Below are positions 9,040 to 17,800 of a DNA stretch of 40,872 nucleotides, piece after piece. The DNA is from Pseudobdellovibrionaceae bacterium (lineage in GTDB: Bacteria; Bdellovibrionota; Bdellovibrionia; Bdellovibrionales; Bdellovibrionaceae): contig JAMIQD010000346.1 of assembly GCA_035914755.1 (NCBI GenBank), positions 1 through 40,872 on the forward strand. The letters run 5' to 3'. Position 1 is the stretch's first letter. Each line of letters starts with the position of its first letter. Below the pieces are notes generated by a model. That model saw only the letters and a program-made list of their open reading frames with translations, did no database searches and was not told the origin of the DNA. The position numbers were made by a program, and so were the translations under genes.

Positions 9040-11562
9040 TTAGGCTCCCTTTGTTTTTTCGTTAATGCCGTTTCGATCTTGCTCACTGTTCACAGAGGAC
9101 AGGCGATCAAGATTTGACTGAATATATCTAAAAGCCCCCTGATGAGTGCTGGTCTTGTTCGTGTAAAAGACTTCTGCGAACTCATTCGGTTTTGTTTCAA
9201 GCGTGTCGAGAATCTCAAGTGATGCGGAATTCAATAGCGATGAGTGTTCCCGCAGATAGCGAACATTGTCGGGACTCATTTTTAAGAAAAAGAAATTGTC
9301 TGCTCCGCCCCAAACAGCTTTACCGGCCTCAGTTTCAAAAAAGACTCTGGGATTTGGCGCAACACCAATCAGAAAGAATCCCATTTTTCGCATTCTCTCT
9401 GCGGCCTCAACAACGAATTCGCCAACGATTGGGTTGTCGCGTCCCAAACAGCCAAGCTCCTCGATATAAAGAACTCCACCGCGTTTCAGGCTTTCAGGTT
9501 TTGACATCATCGTCATAATTTCCTGAATCACGCACATGCTCATGAGGACTTTAAGCGTTTCATCCGAATCGAGCGCTTCCAGGTCATAGGCATAGAGAAG
9601 CTTCGCTGATTGCTTTCTCGTTTGCGCTTGTCCTCGGAAAAATGCCGCATACACACCATCACCGTAAAAAGGCATAAGTCTTGTGATGAGGTCTTCGATT
9701 TGCTCTTTGAGCGTCTCAAATTCGCCTTCGGCAGTAAGACCTGACATCGAAGCGATCACATCATCCATTGAAACTGAAACTTCGTTTGTCGAATCTCCCT
9801 CAACAAGCAGGCCATCCTTGTAAACGATTCCGCGCTCACGAGCCCTCCGCAAATAGGCTTCCTTCAATGCGCGAGACACGATGCTCATGTGATGGCTTTC
9901 CATCTCGAATGACGTACTGGTGAGTTTCACCGCCGTCAGAATCAGCTTCGTCAGAAAATGTACTTTTGCATCGTCAAAGGCTCCGCGAAACGAAGAGAAC
10001 GGCATATCCTTGTTGGGATCAAAGACGCTTAGGTCTCCATCGAAATCTCGGCACAAAGCCTCACAGCTCGTTCGCTTGTCGATTACAAACGCCATCGGCT
10101 CTGGACTTTTAAGTTTCAGCGCCTGAACACAGTCCAGCGCAAATTTACTTTTACCCGACCCCGTGTCTCCAAGAATGGCTGTGTGATTTGAAATCGCATT
10201 CGATGCCCACGAAAAACGAACAAGATTGTTCTCTCGAGACAAAAACAGTTGAAGCGGATTGTCCATCCCACGGTACGAGTCAAAAACGGGAAGAAGTTTT
10301 GTCGCATCTTTATTCATGATGCGCACAAAGCGTTGGCTCGAATGATCCGCCGAAGGTGTGTAGAAAAGCGGAAGACTATTCAGGCAGAGCCCAAAGCCAA
10401 TCATCTCTTCTCGGATAACTTCACATTCTAAGTCATTGTGAAATACGCTGGTGATGGCCCTGGTTCTTTGATTCAGAACCTCTTCGGTTTCTCCTTCGAC
10501 AATCACACTGAATGTCATGAACAAACACCGCTCGTCATGAGCAAGACGTTCTTGGATTTCCTTAATCTCCTGCTGCTGACGACGAGCCCGCGCGCTCGGA
10601 CTATTTTGAAGAAAGAACTCCTTCGTATCAAAATAGCTTTTGATTTTTGCAGCTTTTGGAAAACTAAAATTTAGCGAAAGCTTGAATGGGAAATTGAGCG
10701 TAAGAAAATTCGCCATTCCACCAGGGATGACCCTTCGTGGACTCGTTTTAAGCGTAATAGTTCGAGTCTTAAGACCCTCGCGCTCTAGACCTTCATAGTC
10801 GCCCTTAAGCCCCGCATAGACGATTTGTTCAGAAATTGAAATGTGTGGATTAAACCGAGCAAACTCTCGTTCAAGATATTCTTTCGGATTAAAAAACCGT
10901 CTCAGGTATTCGACAAGCTCAGCACCCCCTACACGGGCCAGGGGGATTTTTGAACTATCAACGAATTGCGCTAGAATTTGAGAAAATTCTGAAACCTCCA
11001 TCGTCATCGCGTTCATCGAATCAAAAAGAAGACCCTCTCCGCGTTCCATAAGGCGTAAGATTTCTTTTTTATTGTCTTGATCTGGAAAATACCTAATCGA
11101 CAGAAGAGCGCGTCTACGCATCGGCGAAAGTTTATTTTTCCCTTCGCAATAGCTCTTCAGATTTTCAAGTCGCGCCTCATAGATCGTTTTTGAAATCGGA
11201 TGGGGATTTTTGAAGCCGCTCGCTTCGAATGTCCAAATTGGACCACGCGCCGGAATGTGTCCCTGATCGAAGACAATCTGCAAAGTGCATTTCTCTGGCA
11301 AGAAGAACCAAGATTTAAGTCCTTCAACCATTTCAACGATTCGGGTTGCTTCAAGCGGCTCATGTTCAATCAGTCCAAGTTCAAAGACGGCCCCTAAAGA
11401 TCCATCTTTAAGAACAAACATTCCGGCTTCAGGTAAATATTCTTCGTAGGGAAGAATTTTTGCGAAGGAGTCGGGACGCTCAAACAAGGCACGAACAAAT
11501 TTCGTTCGGCTTGCGAGTGTGGATTCAATAATTTCGCTATTTGATTTTTCAATTCCAAGCAT
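9040..11562 (-). CDS. traC: TraC/VirB4 conjugative ATPase
   Basis: N-terminal FAKILPYEEY...F.LKDGSLG; Walker A GDTGSGKS; VIDK; LYIEEL...RMRKMG; 840 aa. Confidence 0.9.
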   Translation of the reverse strand: MLGIEKSNSEIIESTLASRTKFVRALFERPDSFAKILPYEEYLPEAGMFVLKDGSLGAVFELGLIEHEPLEATRIVEMVEGLKSWFFLPEKCTLQIVFDQGHIPARGPIWTFEASGFKNPHPISKTIYEARLENLKSYCEGKNKLSPMRRRALLSIRYFPDQDNKKEILRLMERGEGLLFDSMNAMTMEVSEFSQILAQFVDSSKIPLARVGGAELVEYLRRFFNPKEYLEREFARFNPHISISEQIVYAGLKGDYEGLEREGLKTRTITLKTSPRRVIPGGMANFLTLNFPFKLSLNFSFPKAAKIKSYFDTKEFFLQNSPSARARRQQQEIKEIQERLAHDERCLFMTFSVIVEGETEEVLNQRTRAITSVFHNDLECEVIREEMIGFGLCLNSLPLFYTPSADHSSQRFVRIMNKDATKLLPVFDSYRGMDNPLQLFLSRENNLVRFSWASNAISNHTAILGDTGSGKSKFALDCVQALKLKSPEPMAFVIDKRTSCEALCRDFDGDLSVFDPNKDMPFSSFRGAFDDAKVHFLTKLILTAVKLTSTSFEMESHHMSIVSRALKEAYLRRARERGIVYKDGLLVEGDSTNEVSVSMDDVIASMSGLTAEGEFETLKEQIEDLITRLMPFYGDGVYAAFFRGQAQTRKQSAKLLYAYDLEALDSDETLKVLMSMCVIQEIMTMMSKPESLKRGGVLYIEELGCLGRDNPIVGEFVVEAAERMRKMGFFLIGVAPNPRVFFETEAGKAVWGGADNFFFLKMSPDNVRYLREHSSLLNSASLEILDTLETKPNEFAEVFYTNKTSTHQGAFRYIQSNLDRLSSVNSEQDRNGINEKTKGA

Positions 11563-11615
11563 AGGTAGACCCCTTTTTTGGTCCGCCGCTCGCCTGGTAT
11601 TGGTAGAGAGACTTT
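11558..11615 (-). promoter_or_regulatory. Conserved upstream motif, copy at traC
   Basis: Plus strand GCTCGCCT-ggtat-TGGTAGAGAGACTT (11588-11614) and AGCATAGGTA (11558-11567); the same elements occur upstream of the pilin gene. Confidence 0.65.
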
Positions 11616-11669
11616 TTAGTTTTTTATTTTATATCGTTCGCTGCTGTTAAAGTGAGCGTTCGATATTTT

Positions 11670-12251
11670 CTAAGGCCAAACTTCTGGAAATAAATTGCCT
11701 GCGGCATCTTCTGTTTCGAGTATTGAAGCAAACTTTGTTGCTTTCGCGTTTTTCAGTTTTTCCAAGTAAAAAGCCTTTTTAGGTTTCATCTTAGTTTGTG
11801 CCTTCATATGCTGAAGCACGCCGTCCTTTACTTCCTCTGGTACACTTAAGAAAAGATCACACAAAAACAAATCTGGGCTACATACTGAAATCCCAACAGG
11901 ACTCAGTAGTGCGTCGGGAAAGTCCTTCAAATTTAAAGTGACGATGGTGGAGCAGTTTTGCTGCCGAGCTAAAGCCACCACATGCTCATCATCTTTATCT
12001 GGAAGGCCGACGAGAGTATAACCACCAGCCAAAGTTTTTCTTGAAGCGCTGAATTGCTTGAACACGCCGCCCTCAATATTTTGACGAAATTTTTGTTTCG
12101 CTTCGTCGTCATCTGAGTAATTGCGAAAAACTTCATCCCAAATTTCATCTGACCAAGAGATCTGAATTAAGCTTCCCCAAGAAAGCCACAGAAACAAGCC
12201 GCGAAGAATATTCGAATAAAGCACGTTGGCATCAAGAACGATTTTATTCAT
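11670..12251 (-). CDS. PIN-domain toxin (VapC-like)
   Basis: IVLDANVLYS, DEIWDEV, LPDKDDEHVVALA, IVTLNLKDFP motifs. Confidence 0.9.
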   Translation of the reverse strand: MNKIVLDANVLYSNILRGLFLWLSWGSLIQISWSDEIWDEVFRNYSDDDEAKQKFRQNIEGGVFKQFSASRKTLAGGYTLVGLPDKDDEHVVALARQQNCSTIVTLNLKDFPDALLSPVGISVCSPDLFLCDLFLSVPEEVKDGVLQHMKAQTKMKPKKAFYLEKLKNAKATKFASILETEDAAGNLFPEVWP

Positions 12252-12636
12252 CCTTATCTATACCAAATCCGTCTTCGTCCATTTTCGACATCACCTGAGC
12301 AAATTGCTCACGCTCTTCCATATACTGAATCAAAGAGCCTTTTGTAATTCTCCAGTGGGTGCCGACTTCATAACCTTTGAGTCTGCCAACTTTCAGCATG
12401 TGCATGATTGAGGGACGAGAAATGCCAGCAATCTCTCCCGCCTCAGTCGGTGATAAATCATCCTCAAGGACGATGGCTTTTTCATCTAAGAGAAGTTCCA
12501 CAAGTCCGACTAGTTCATGAAGAGAACTCTTCTTGATCTCAACGACTTCTTTAGGCTGTTTTTCTGCTCCCTTGAGTAGGGCCAAAAGGTTTTGGACCTT
12601 TTCTTCCTTTTCCTTCGTAATAAGCAGTCGTGACAT
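12244..12636 (-). CDS. Excisionase-type HTH antitoxin
   Basis: Likely start MSRLL at 12636 with GGAGG RBS; LSPTEAGEIAGISRPSIMHMLKVGRL...VGTHWRI; overlaps the PIN gene as in the common HTH+PIN pairs. Confidence 0.85.
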   Translation of the reverse strand: MSRLLITKEKEEKVQNLLALLKGAEKQPKEVVEIKKSSLHELVGLVELLLDEKAIVLEDDLSPTEAGEIAGISRPSIMHMLKVGRLKGYEVGTHWRITKGSLIQYMEEREQFAQVMSKMDEDGFGIDKDE

Positions 12637-12657
12637 AGAGCCTCCTATGTACCCATC

Positions 12658-12677
12658 ATAATACATAACTGTATTAT
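12658..12677. promoter_or_regulatory. Palindromic operator candidate for the TA operon
   Basis: ATAATACA-taac-TGTATTAT perfect 8-bp IR about 20 bp upstream of the antitoxin start. Confidence 0.5.
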
Positions 12678-12810
12678 CTGAAACATCTTTCTTATCATTA
12701 TTATCGGTAGCATCTAGCATATACTTAAGTCTCCTATATTTGTTTTGGCTCCATAACCGTCTTGAAGCACGACCGATCTCAAACTGAGACAATCTAGTAC
12801 CCCGGTAGCG

Positions 12811-13176
12811 TTAGGTGCCTCTGGACCCCTTTGGAGGCTTTTGAGCAGGCTTATCCTGAGTACGCGGCTTCGTTTTCGGTATTGGGACCTTCTTCATTTC
12901 CCAAGCTTCCGGCGCGACCACGATTGAGAGCCAGGAACCCCAAAAGTAATCCTTCGATGGAAGTTCTTTTGCGTGAAGCCACGCCACCACCACTTGTTCA
13001 GGCATATGGGTTGGAACGTATTTTACTCCACCTTGCCCGGACATATTCATGGGTGGCGCAGTGAAACCGTAGCCAGCTCTTTCCTCAAGAAGTGACTTCT
13101 GATTGGTGCTCGCGCAACCGTTGATGAGACTACTCAAGAACACGAGTGAAATAAGAGTAAATACCTTCATCACCAT
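12811..13176 (-). CDS. traV: TraV-like outer-membrane lipoprotein
   Basis: Lipobox LINGC; PTHMPEQVVVAWL...VVAPEAW resembles TraV; follows traB. Confidence 0.7.
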   Translation of the reverse strand: MVMKVFTLISLVFLSSLINGCASTNQKSLLEERAGYGFTAPPMNMSGQGGVKYVPTHMPEQVVVAWLHAKELPSKDYFWGSWLSIVVAPEAWEMKKVPIPKTKPRTQDKPAQKPPKGSRGT

Positions 13177-14389
13177 TCTTCCTTTCTTTTTTGAAAAATT
13201 CTTCGGGCAGATTCACTTTGTCTTTCATAACAATCCAGACATCGCGGCCTGAACCAATAGCGACCGTAGGTGCAAGATTTTGCGCCTGCTGTAGATACCA
13301 CTGAGCCACCATACCTGCGGCATTTGAAGCTCCACCTGCGACTGCGTACTTCCCAGCATCACCAGTCATCATCGAAGAACCGCCGCCCAGAGGATTCGTG
13401 CTCTGGGTTGTTTGCGAGGCTTGAACTGCCTTCCCAACACCATCAACCACACCCGCGATGAATGCCATTGCAGCTACTCGGCCTTGTTTTGAGTTCACTT
13501 GCCCTTTCATGGCAAAAGATCCGTCCTTGTCGTCGGCGACAAATCCATTCACTTCGCGTTCAAACATCTTTCCCTTTTTAGAAACGCAGCTCATCTTGGT
13601 CGCCTGCATTTGTACACGCTCAGTTGAAAGATCTCCCTCGGCCTTTGCGATCATAAAGCAGCCCGAGAGATCAATTTTATGATCGTTCGGACCAACGTAA
13701 GAAAAATCGAGCACCATCAGCACGGGATAGGTCTTTCCCTCGGGTACATCAACGCCAGTTAAAACTTTCGCCTTCACGTAGCTACCAGAAGGCAAGACAA
13801 CACCTTCGGTTTTAACGTCGCTCTTAACGGGAAACGCAATAAGATCGGGACCTTTTGCTTTCACACGACTAACTGGTGAACGAGCGGGCGAAGCGGTTCC
13901 TCCAGGAGGTGCGTCGTAAAGCTGAATTGGTGTTTCCTGGTTCGGAGTTTCAGCATTCGGCGCGATCCCCAAGCTTTGCGGTTGTCCATTTACGGATGGC
14001 GGCAAATCTGTTTTCGACTGATTTACGTTTGTCGCAGCAACATTCGCTTCTTGAAGTTTCTTTTCCAGTTCTGCGAGGCGAGCTTCAAGTTTACTTTGTC
14101 CCTCAAACATAGCTTGGGCCTTTTGAGAAAGAAGACGCTCTTTTCCATAGTAGAATGTGCTTTCGCGATCATTCAGAATTCTTCCATTCTGAAAACTGAC
14201 AGCGGCACCACGCTCGATAACTCGATTTTCCTTTTCACCCATTAGCCCAAAAAGATTAACAACAAGTAAAACCCCGATCACAGAAAGGCCAACAACAATT
14301 GGCTTTTTGTGAGTAAGTTCTTTGATCCTTAAGTGATGCTTTTTCCAGTCGAAGGATTTGATCTGAACTAGAATATTCTCTGCGTTCAT
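13130..14389 (-). CDS. traB: TraB/VirB10 core-complex protein
   Basis: TM, coiled coil and Pro-rich linker; LPSGSYVKAKVLTGVD, DLSGCFMIAKAEGDLSTERV, GFVADDKDG. Confidence 0.9.
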   Translation of the reverse strand: MNAENILVQIKSFDWKKHHLRIKELTHKKPIVVGLSVIGVLLVVNLFGLMGEKENRVIERGAAVSFQNGRILNDRESTFYYGKERLLSQKAQAMFEGQSKLEARLAELEKKLQEANVAATNVNQSKTDLPPSVNGQPQSLGIAPNAETPNQETPIQLYDAPPGGTASPARSPVSRVKAKGPDLIAFPVKSDVKTEGVVLPSGSYVKAKVLTGVDVPEGKTYPVLMVLDFSYVGPNDHKIDLSGCFMIAKAEGDLSTERVQMQATKMSCVSKKGKMFEREVNGFVADDKDGSFAMKGQVNSKQGRVAAMAFIAGVVDGVGKAVQASQTTQSTNPLGGGSSMMTGDAGKYAVAGGASNAAGMVAQWYLQQAQNLAPTVAIGSGRDVWIVMKDKVNLPEEFFKKERKNGDEGIYSYFTRVLE

Positions 14390-14391
14390 GT

Positions 14392-15276
14392 CTATTCTCC
14401 CTTCTTCGCATTGGCAGACGCTTCATCTGATTCCATCGCTAAAATTACGTCGCTACTTGAAGATGTGTTTTTAGCGACAACACGAATCAAAGTTTCACTG
14501 ATGCCTTTTCCTTTTGGGTATAGGGTGATCTCGTCACTCTGAGAGAGAATCGCTATATTTGGATCGCCCACGGTGAGATGCATTACATCGACTTCGATGT
14601 TCTTCTTCCAGCTCGTATTCGTGAGCTTAAAGACATACCCATTAAACGGAGAGCCCCGATAAATACGGATCAGCTCAGCACGCGCACTAGAATTCTTTGA
14701 AGGGAAGCCTTGAGAGACGCGGTAAATTTTGTATCCCGACACCGCATCGTCTCGTACCATCGCTTTTAGCAGTTCAACTTCAGAGATAACGGGAGCGTTC
14801 TCGGAATCTCCGGCATCTGCCGATTCACGCGACTTGAAATCGTACAAACCATCCGCCGCAGGATCATTGGGACTCACAATAATTTTTGTCCTCACCACCG
14901 ACTTATCAACTAAAAAGAAAATGACTTCGTTAACTCCATTGGTAAAGCGCGGAGTCACTTCAAGATCCGTGTAACTTGGATCAGACGCGTTCGCAGGCTT
15001 GATCTGAAGTTTACTAGCACCCGAGATTGTTTGAACTGCCTTTGGAAAACGAAAAATTGTCGGCCCTCCATGCTTGATGCGAACTTGCTCAGTCCCTGTG
15101 CCGTAAACTATAACTTTTGCCTCCGCACGGGACACAAGCAGGAACACCAGCAGAAGAACGCCGACGAGGTAAGTTCCAAATGCAATTTTGAAAGCGACTT
15201 TTCGAAAAAGCATTTTAAGACTCTCAATCTCAAAATTGAGTCCATGATCCAGATCAATTGTTTTGTTATCGACCAT
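14392..15276 (-). CDS. traK: TraK-like secretin/core protein
   Basis: Position between traE and traB; hydrophobic signal ending AEA; ELLKAMVR motif; likely start 15276 with GGAGG RBS. Confidence 0.7.
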   Translation of the reverse strand: MVDNKTIDLDHGLNFEIESLKMLFRKVAFKIAFGTYLVGVLLLVFLLVSRAEAKVIVYGTGTEQVRIKHGGPTIFRFPKAVQTISGASKLQIKPANASDPSYTDLEVTPRFTNGVNEVIFFLVDKSVVRTKIIVSPNDPAADGLYDFKSRESADAGDSENAPVISEVELLKAMVRDDAVSGYKIYRVSQGFPSKNSSARAELIRIYRGSPFNGYVFKLTNTSWKKNIEVDVMHLTVGDPNIAILSQSDEITLYPKGKGISETLIRVVAKNTSSSSDVILAMESDEASANAKKGE

Positions 15277-15994
15277 TCGTTTTACCTCCGTTTGCGCTTG
15301 GCTTAAATCCATCAGCTCGCCCGCGCTTAAGGCTCGTGATTTCGAGATACCATTCCTTACCTTTTACCGGCGGGACGAGCTTCATCAGCATTTCAATGAC
15401 TTCGTCCACATGGCCCACGCTCTCGCTGTTGGAGTATCTCTCCCGTTGAGCAATCGCTGTGACTTTGTAGAATCCCTCGCCGGTCGCAACTACTTCGCGA
15501 TCCGTAATCCGCAAAATCTCGGAAATATTTTCGCTCTTAACCGTCTCGCGCCACTCCCTGGCTTCTTCTTCAAACTGAATCTGAAGCTGAGGAGTCATGA
15601 AGTTGGATAAACGCTTGTACTGTTCATCAATGTTGGCGGCATTCACGTTCCCGAGCATACTTAAGAAGCTCAGAGCCGCATTCACCACGTAAGTATCCGA
15701 CACCGATTGCGGGGACGCGGTCGTGAAGTCCATCACTCCCGGAGCCAAGATATATTCTTTTTCCCGAAGCTTTGTTTCAAGACCGTGAATCTCAAATCGG
15801 GCGAGGGCAAAGTGCATGGCAAATGCCGCAATATGAATTGCGAGAATGTACTGTAGCGTAAGACGCTGCTTTATCATTGCCGACTTAAAGGCCACGTACT
15901 TTGGCAGAATGCGAAGATCTACGCCTTGGTAGACACCCACAGGTGGCACTGCCACCTGCGCAGCCTCAATTCCCTTATCCATCGCTGTTAGCAT
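15266..15994 (-). CDS. traE: TraE/VirB8-like protein
   Basis: Single TM followed by ILAPG...SVSDTYV...FLSMLGNVNAANID; likely start 15994 (or 15982), not 16186. Confidence 0.75.
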   Translation of the reverse strand: MLTAMDKGIEAAQVAVPPVGVYQGVDLRILPKYVAFKSAMIKQRLTLQYILAIHIAAFAMHFALARFEIHGLETKLREKEYILAPGVMDFTTASPQSVSDTYVVNAALSFLSMLGNVNAANIDEQYKRLSNFMTPQLQIQFEEEAREWRETVKSENISEILRITDREVVATGEGFYKVTAIAQRERYSNSESVGHVDEVIEMLMKLVPPVKGKEWYLEITSLKRGRADGFKPSANGGKTNGR

Positions 15995-16499
15995 CTCGTT
16001 TACCTTTCCTTTTAGGTTTCGCATCAGGACTTGGACTTTGGGGTTCACTCCTCTCAGCAGCATGGTTTTGAGCAATGACATCCAGGTACTTGCGAGGCAA
16101 AATCCACGTTTCAACGCGCTCGATGATCCAGTAGCGACCATCTCTAGATAGTTTTGCGCGAGTATTGAAATTCGGTTTCCGGTCATATGTTTTTGCCCCT
16201 TGTTCGTTGCTCTTCGGATTCACAAGGCCGGGAAGCTCCATCCGAAGGCGTGAAAAGGGCCAGTGAAAGAAAATTCCTTTTGGATATTTCTTTTTAATCA
16301 CTGGTCCAAACCCCAGACACAAACTCAGCAAAGTGAACATCGTTCCCCACGAGTAAAAGAGAACGCCGAAGACAAGAATGATGAAGAGCGCGATGAACAC
16401 ATCCGACAGTTCCCAAATATCGAAAACCATAATTGGCGAGTCGATGGTTTGGCTCACCAGGGATGAGTATTTTGCTTTCAAGAGTTCTTGCTTACGCAT
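15975..16499 (-). CDS. traL: TraL/VirB3-like membrane protein with a basic C-terminal extension
   Basis: QTIDSPIMVFDIWELSD, two TMs, KKKYPKGIFFHW match the TraL pattern; lies between pilin and traE. Confidence 0.75.
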   Translation of the reverse strand: MRKQELLKAKYSSLVSQTIDSPIMVFDIWELSDVFIALFIILVFGVLFYSWGTMFTLLSLCLGFGPVIKKKYPKGIFFHWPFSRLRMELPGLVNPKSNEQGAKTYDRKPNFNTRAKLSRDGRYWIIERVETWILPRKYLDVIAQNHAAERSEPQSPSPDAKPKRKGKRDANSDG

Positions 16500-16935
16500 T
16501 TAAACTCCTTGGACTCTCAACTTGATTTTGTGAAAACACTCCGCCACCACCGCCGATGTCGAAAATGTTCTTAACCCACGTGGGAGCCGTGCCGAGGACA
16601 AGGGCTGCAACGATACAGAGTACGGCGATTCCAAATCGCTGCTCTTTCAAGTTCCAGCCTGCCGACATCACGCAGAGCCCAGCAAAAATCCGCGCTCCCC
16701 ACGAGAAGAGCACCGAATCCACAATACGAAGCAGCGTTCCCGCCGCTTCGAGTTTGTCGCTGGCATCAGCTCCGGGAATTTTAGTCCCCGCAAAAGCATT
16801 CGTATGCGAAAGACAAATGAGAAGAATGGTAACTAGAATAAAAAAGTACCACTCCTCATGTCTTCGAGGGTTCGGACCCCTCACTTGAGAGCCATGGATT
16901 AATGATCCACACAATAAAAGGCGTTCTCCGAGCAT
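16492..16935 (-). CDS. Conjugative pilin (TraA/VirB2-like)
   Basis: Long leader ending NAFA, then two hydrophobic helices separated by KEQR; first gene before traL. Confidence 0.75.
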   Translation of the reverse strand: MLGERLLLCGSLIHGSQVRGPNPRRHEEWYFFILVTILLICLSHTNAFAGTKIPGADASDKLEAAGTLLRIVDSVLFSWGARIFAGLCVMSAGWNLKEQRFGIAVLCIVAALVLGTAPTWVKNIFDIGGGGGVFSQNQVESPRSLNA

Positions 16936-16991
16936 AGGTAATCTCCTATCCTTGCTCGAAGTCAGCTCGCCTTTTTGTGGTAGAGAGACTT
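16931..16991 (-). promoter_or_regulatory. Conserved upstream motif, copy at pilin
   Basis: Plus strand GCTCGCCT-ttttg-TGGTAGAGAGACTT (16965-16991) and AGCATAGGTA (16931-16940). Confidence 0.65.
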
Positions 16992-17047
16992 CTTTTGTTT
17001 TTCTTTTGAGCCTATTTATAGTGGTGGCTCATTTTATTTTTTTAAAA

Positions 17048-17800
17048 TCAGTTCGCAGCTTTCAACAGTCGCAAGATGTCTTCGAAATCGTGATAGCCTT
17101 CAATGGCCGGTAATAATGCCTTCCGCTTTGTGTCGGCAATCAACAGAAACGGGACACCTTTAATCCCATGCTTTTTTAAATCATTAGGATCAGCTCTTGA
17201 TATCGGAACAATTTTTTCTGCATCCTGCACGGGACCGCTATCCACCTGCAAAGCTTCCACTTGAAATCCGCCGTCTTGAAGTCTCTTTAGAACTTGAAAC
17301 ATTCGTCTGCAATGAGGGCACGTCGATTCAAAATACATCCTCAAGCGAAAGCGCGACGGATCAAGAGCAACATTTTGCTCTTTTGCTTTTGGCGCAGCCG
17401 GTGCCGCAGTAGCCACATCTGGTGTAGTCTTCAGCTCACCATTTTTTGCCATGTACTCAGCCATTCGTTCCTGAAGCTTTGTTTGAAGCTCATTTTTCTT
17501 CTTCATCAGCTCAAACCACTGCTTGATATTGTCGTCAGTCGGATTTCTTGCGACCTCCATAAATGGCTCCGGTGGAGTGTAGTCTCCTTCCTTGAAGAAT
17601 TCCTTATTCTTCGGATCAAGGAACGTCTTCCACGGAAATTTGCCGTCTTGCTTATCCGTCAGACTCGGCTCTTTTTTGGGAACGTCTTTTGAGCTTTGCT
17701 TATCGCCCCAGAAGTCGATCTTAGAGTCGAAGTATTCTAATTTTTCTGCTTGGGCAAAAGATGACAAAAGCAAAAAAAGAATCGTTTTACGAATTACCAA
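17048..17800 (-). CDS. TraF/TrbB-like periplasmic thioredoxin-fold protein
   Basis: Signal peptide (FAQA); AR.PTDDNIKQW segment like TraF; YFESTCPHC CxxC; GVPFL cis-Pro loop; likely TTG start at 17800 with GGAGG RBS. Confidence 0.75.
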   Translation of the reverse strand: MVIRKTILFLLLSSFAQAEKLEYFDSKIDFWGDKQSSKDVPKKEPSLTDKQDGKFPWKTFLDPKNKEFFKEGDYTPPEPFMEVARNPTDDNIKQWFELMKKKNELQTKLQERMAEYMAKNGELKTTPDVATAAPAAPKAKEQNVALDPSRFRLRMYFESTCPHCRRMFQVLKRLQDGGFQVEALQVDSGPVQDAEKIVPISRADPNDLKKHGIKGVPFLLIADTKRKALLPAIEGYHDFEDILRLLKAAN

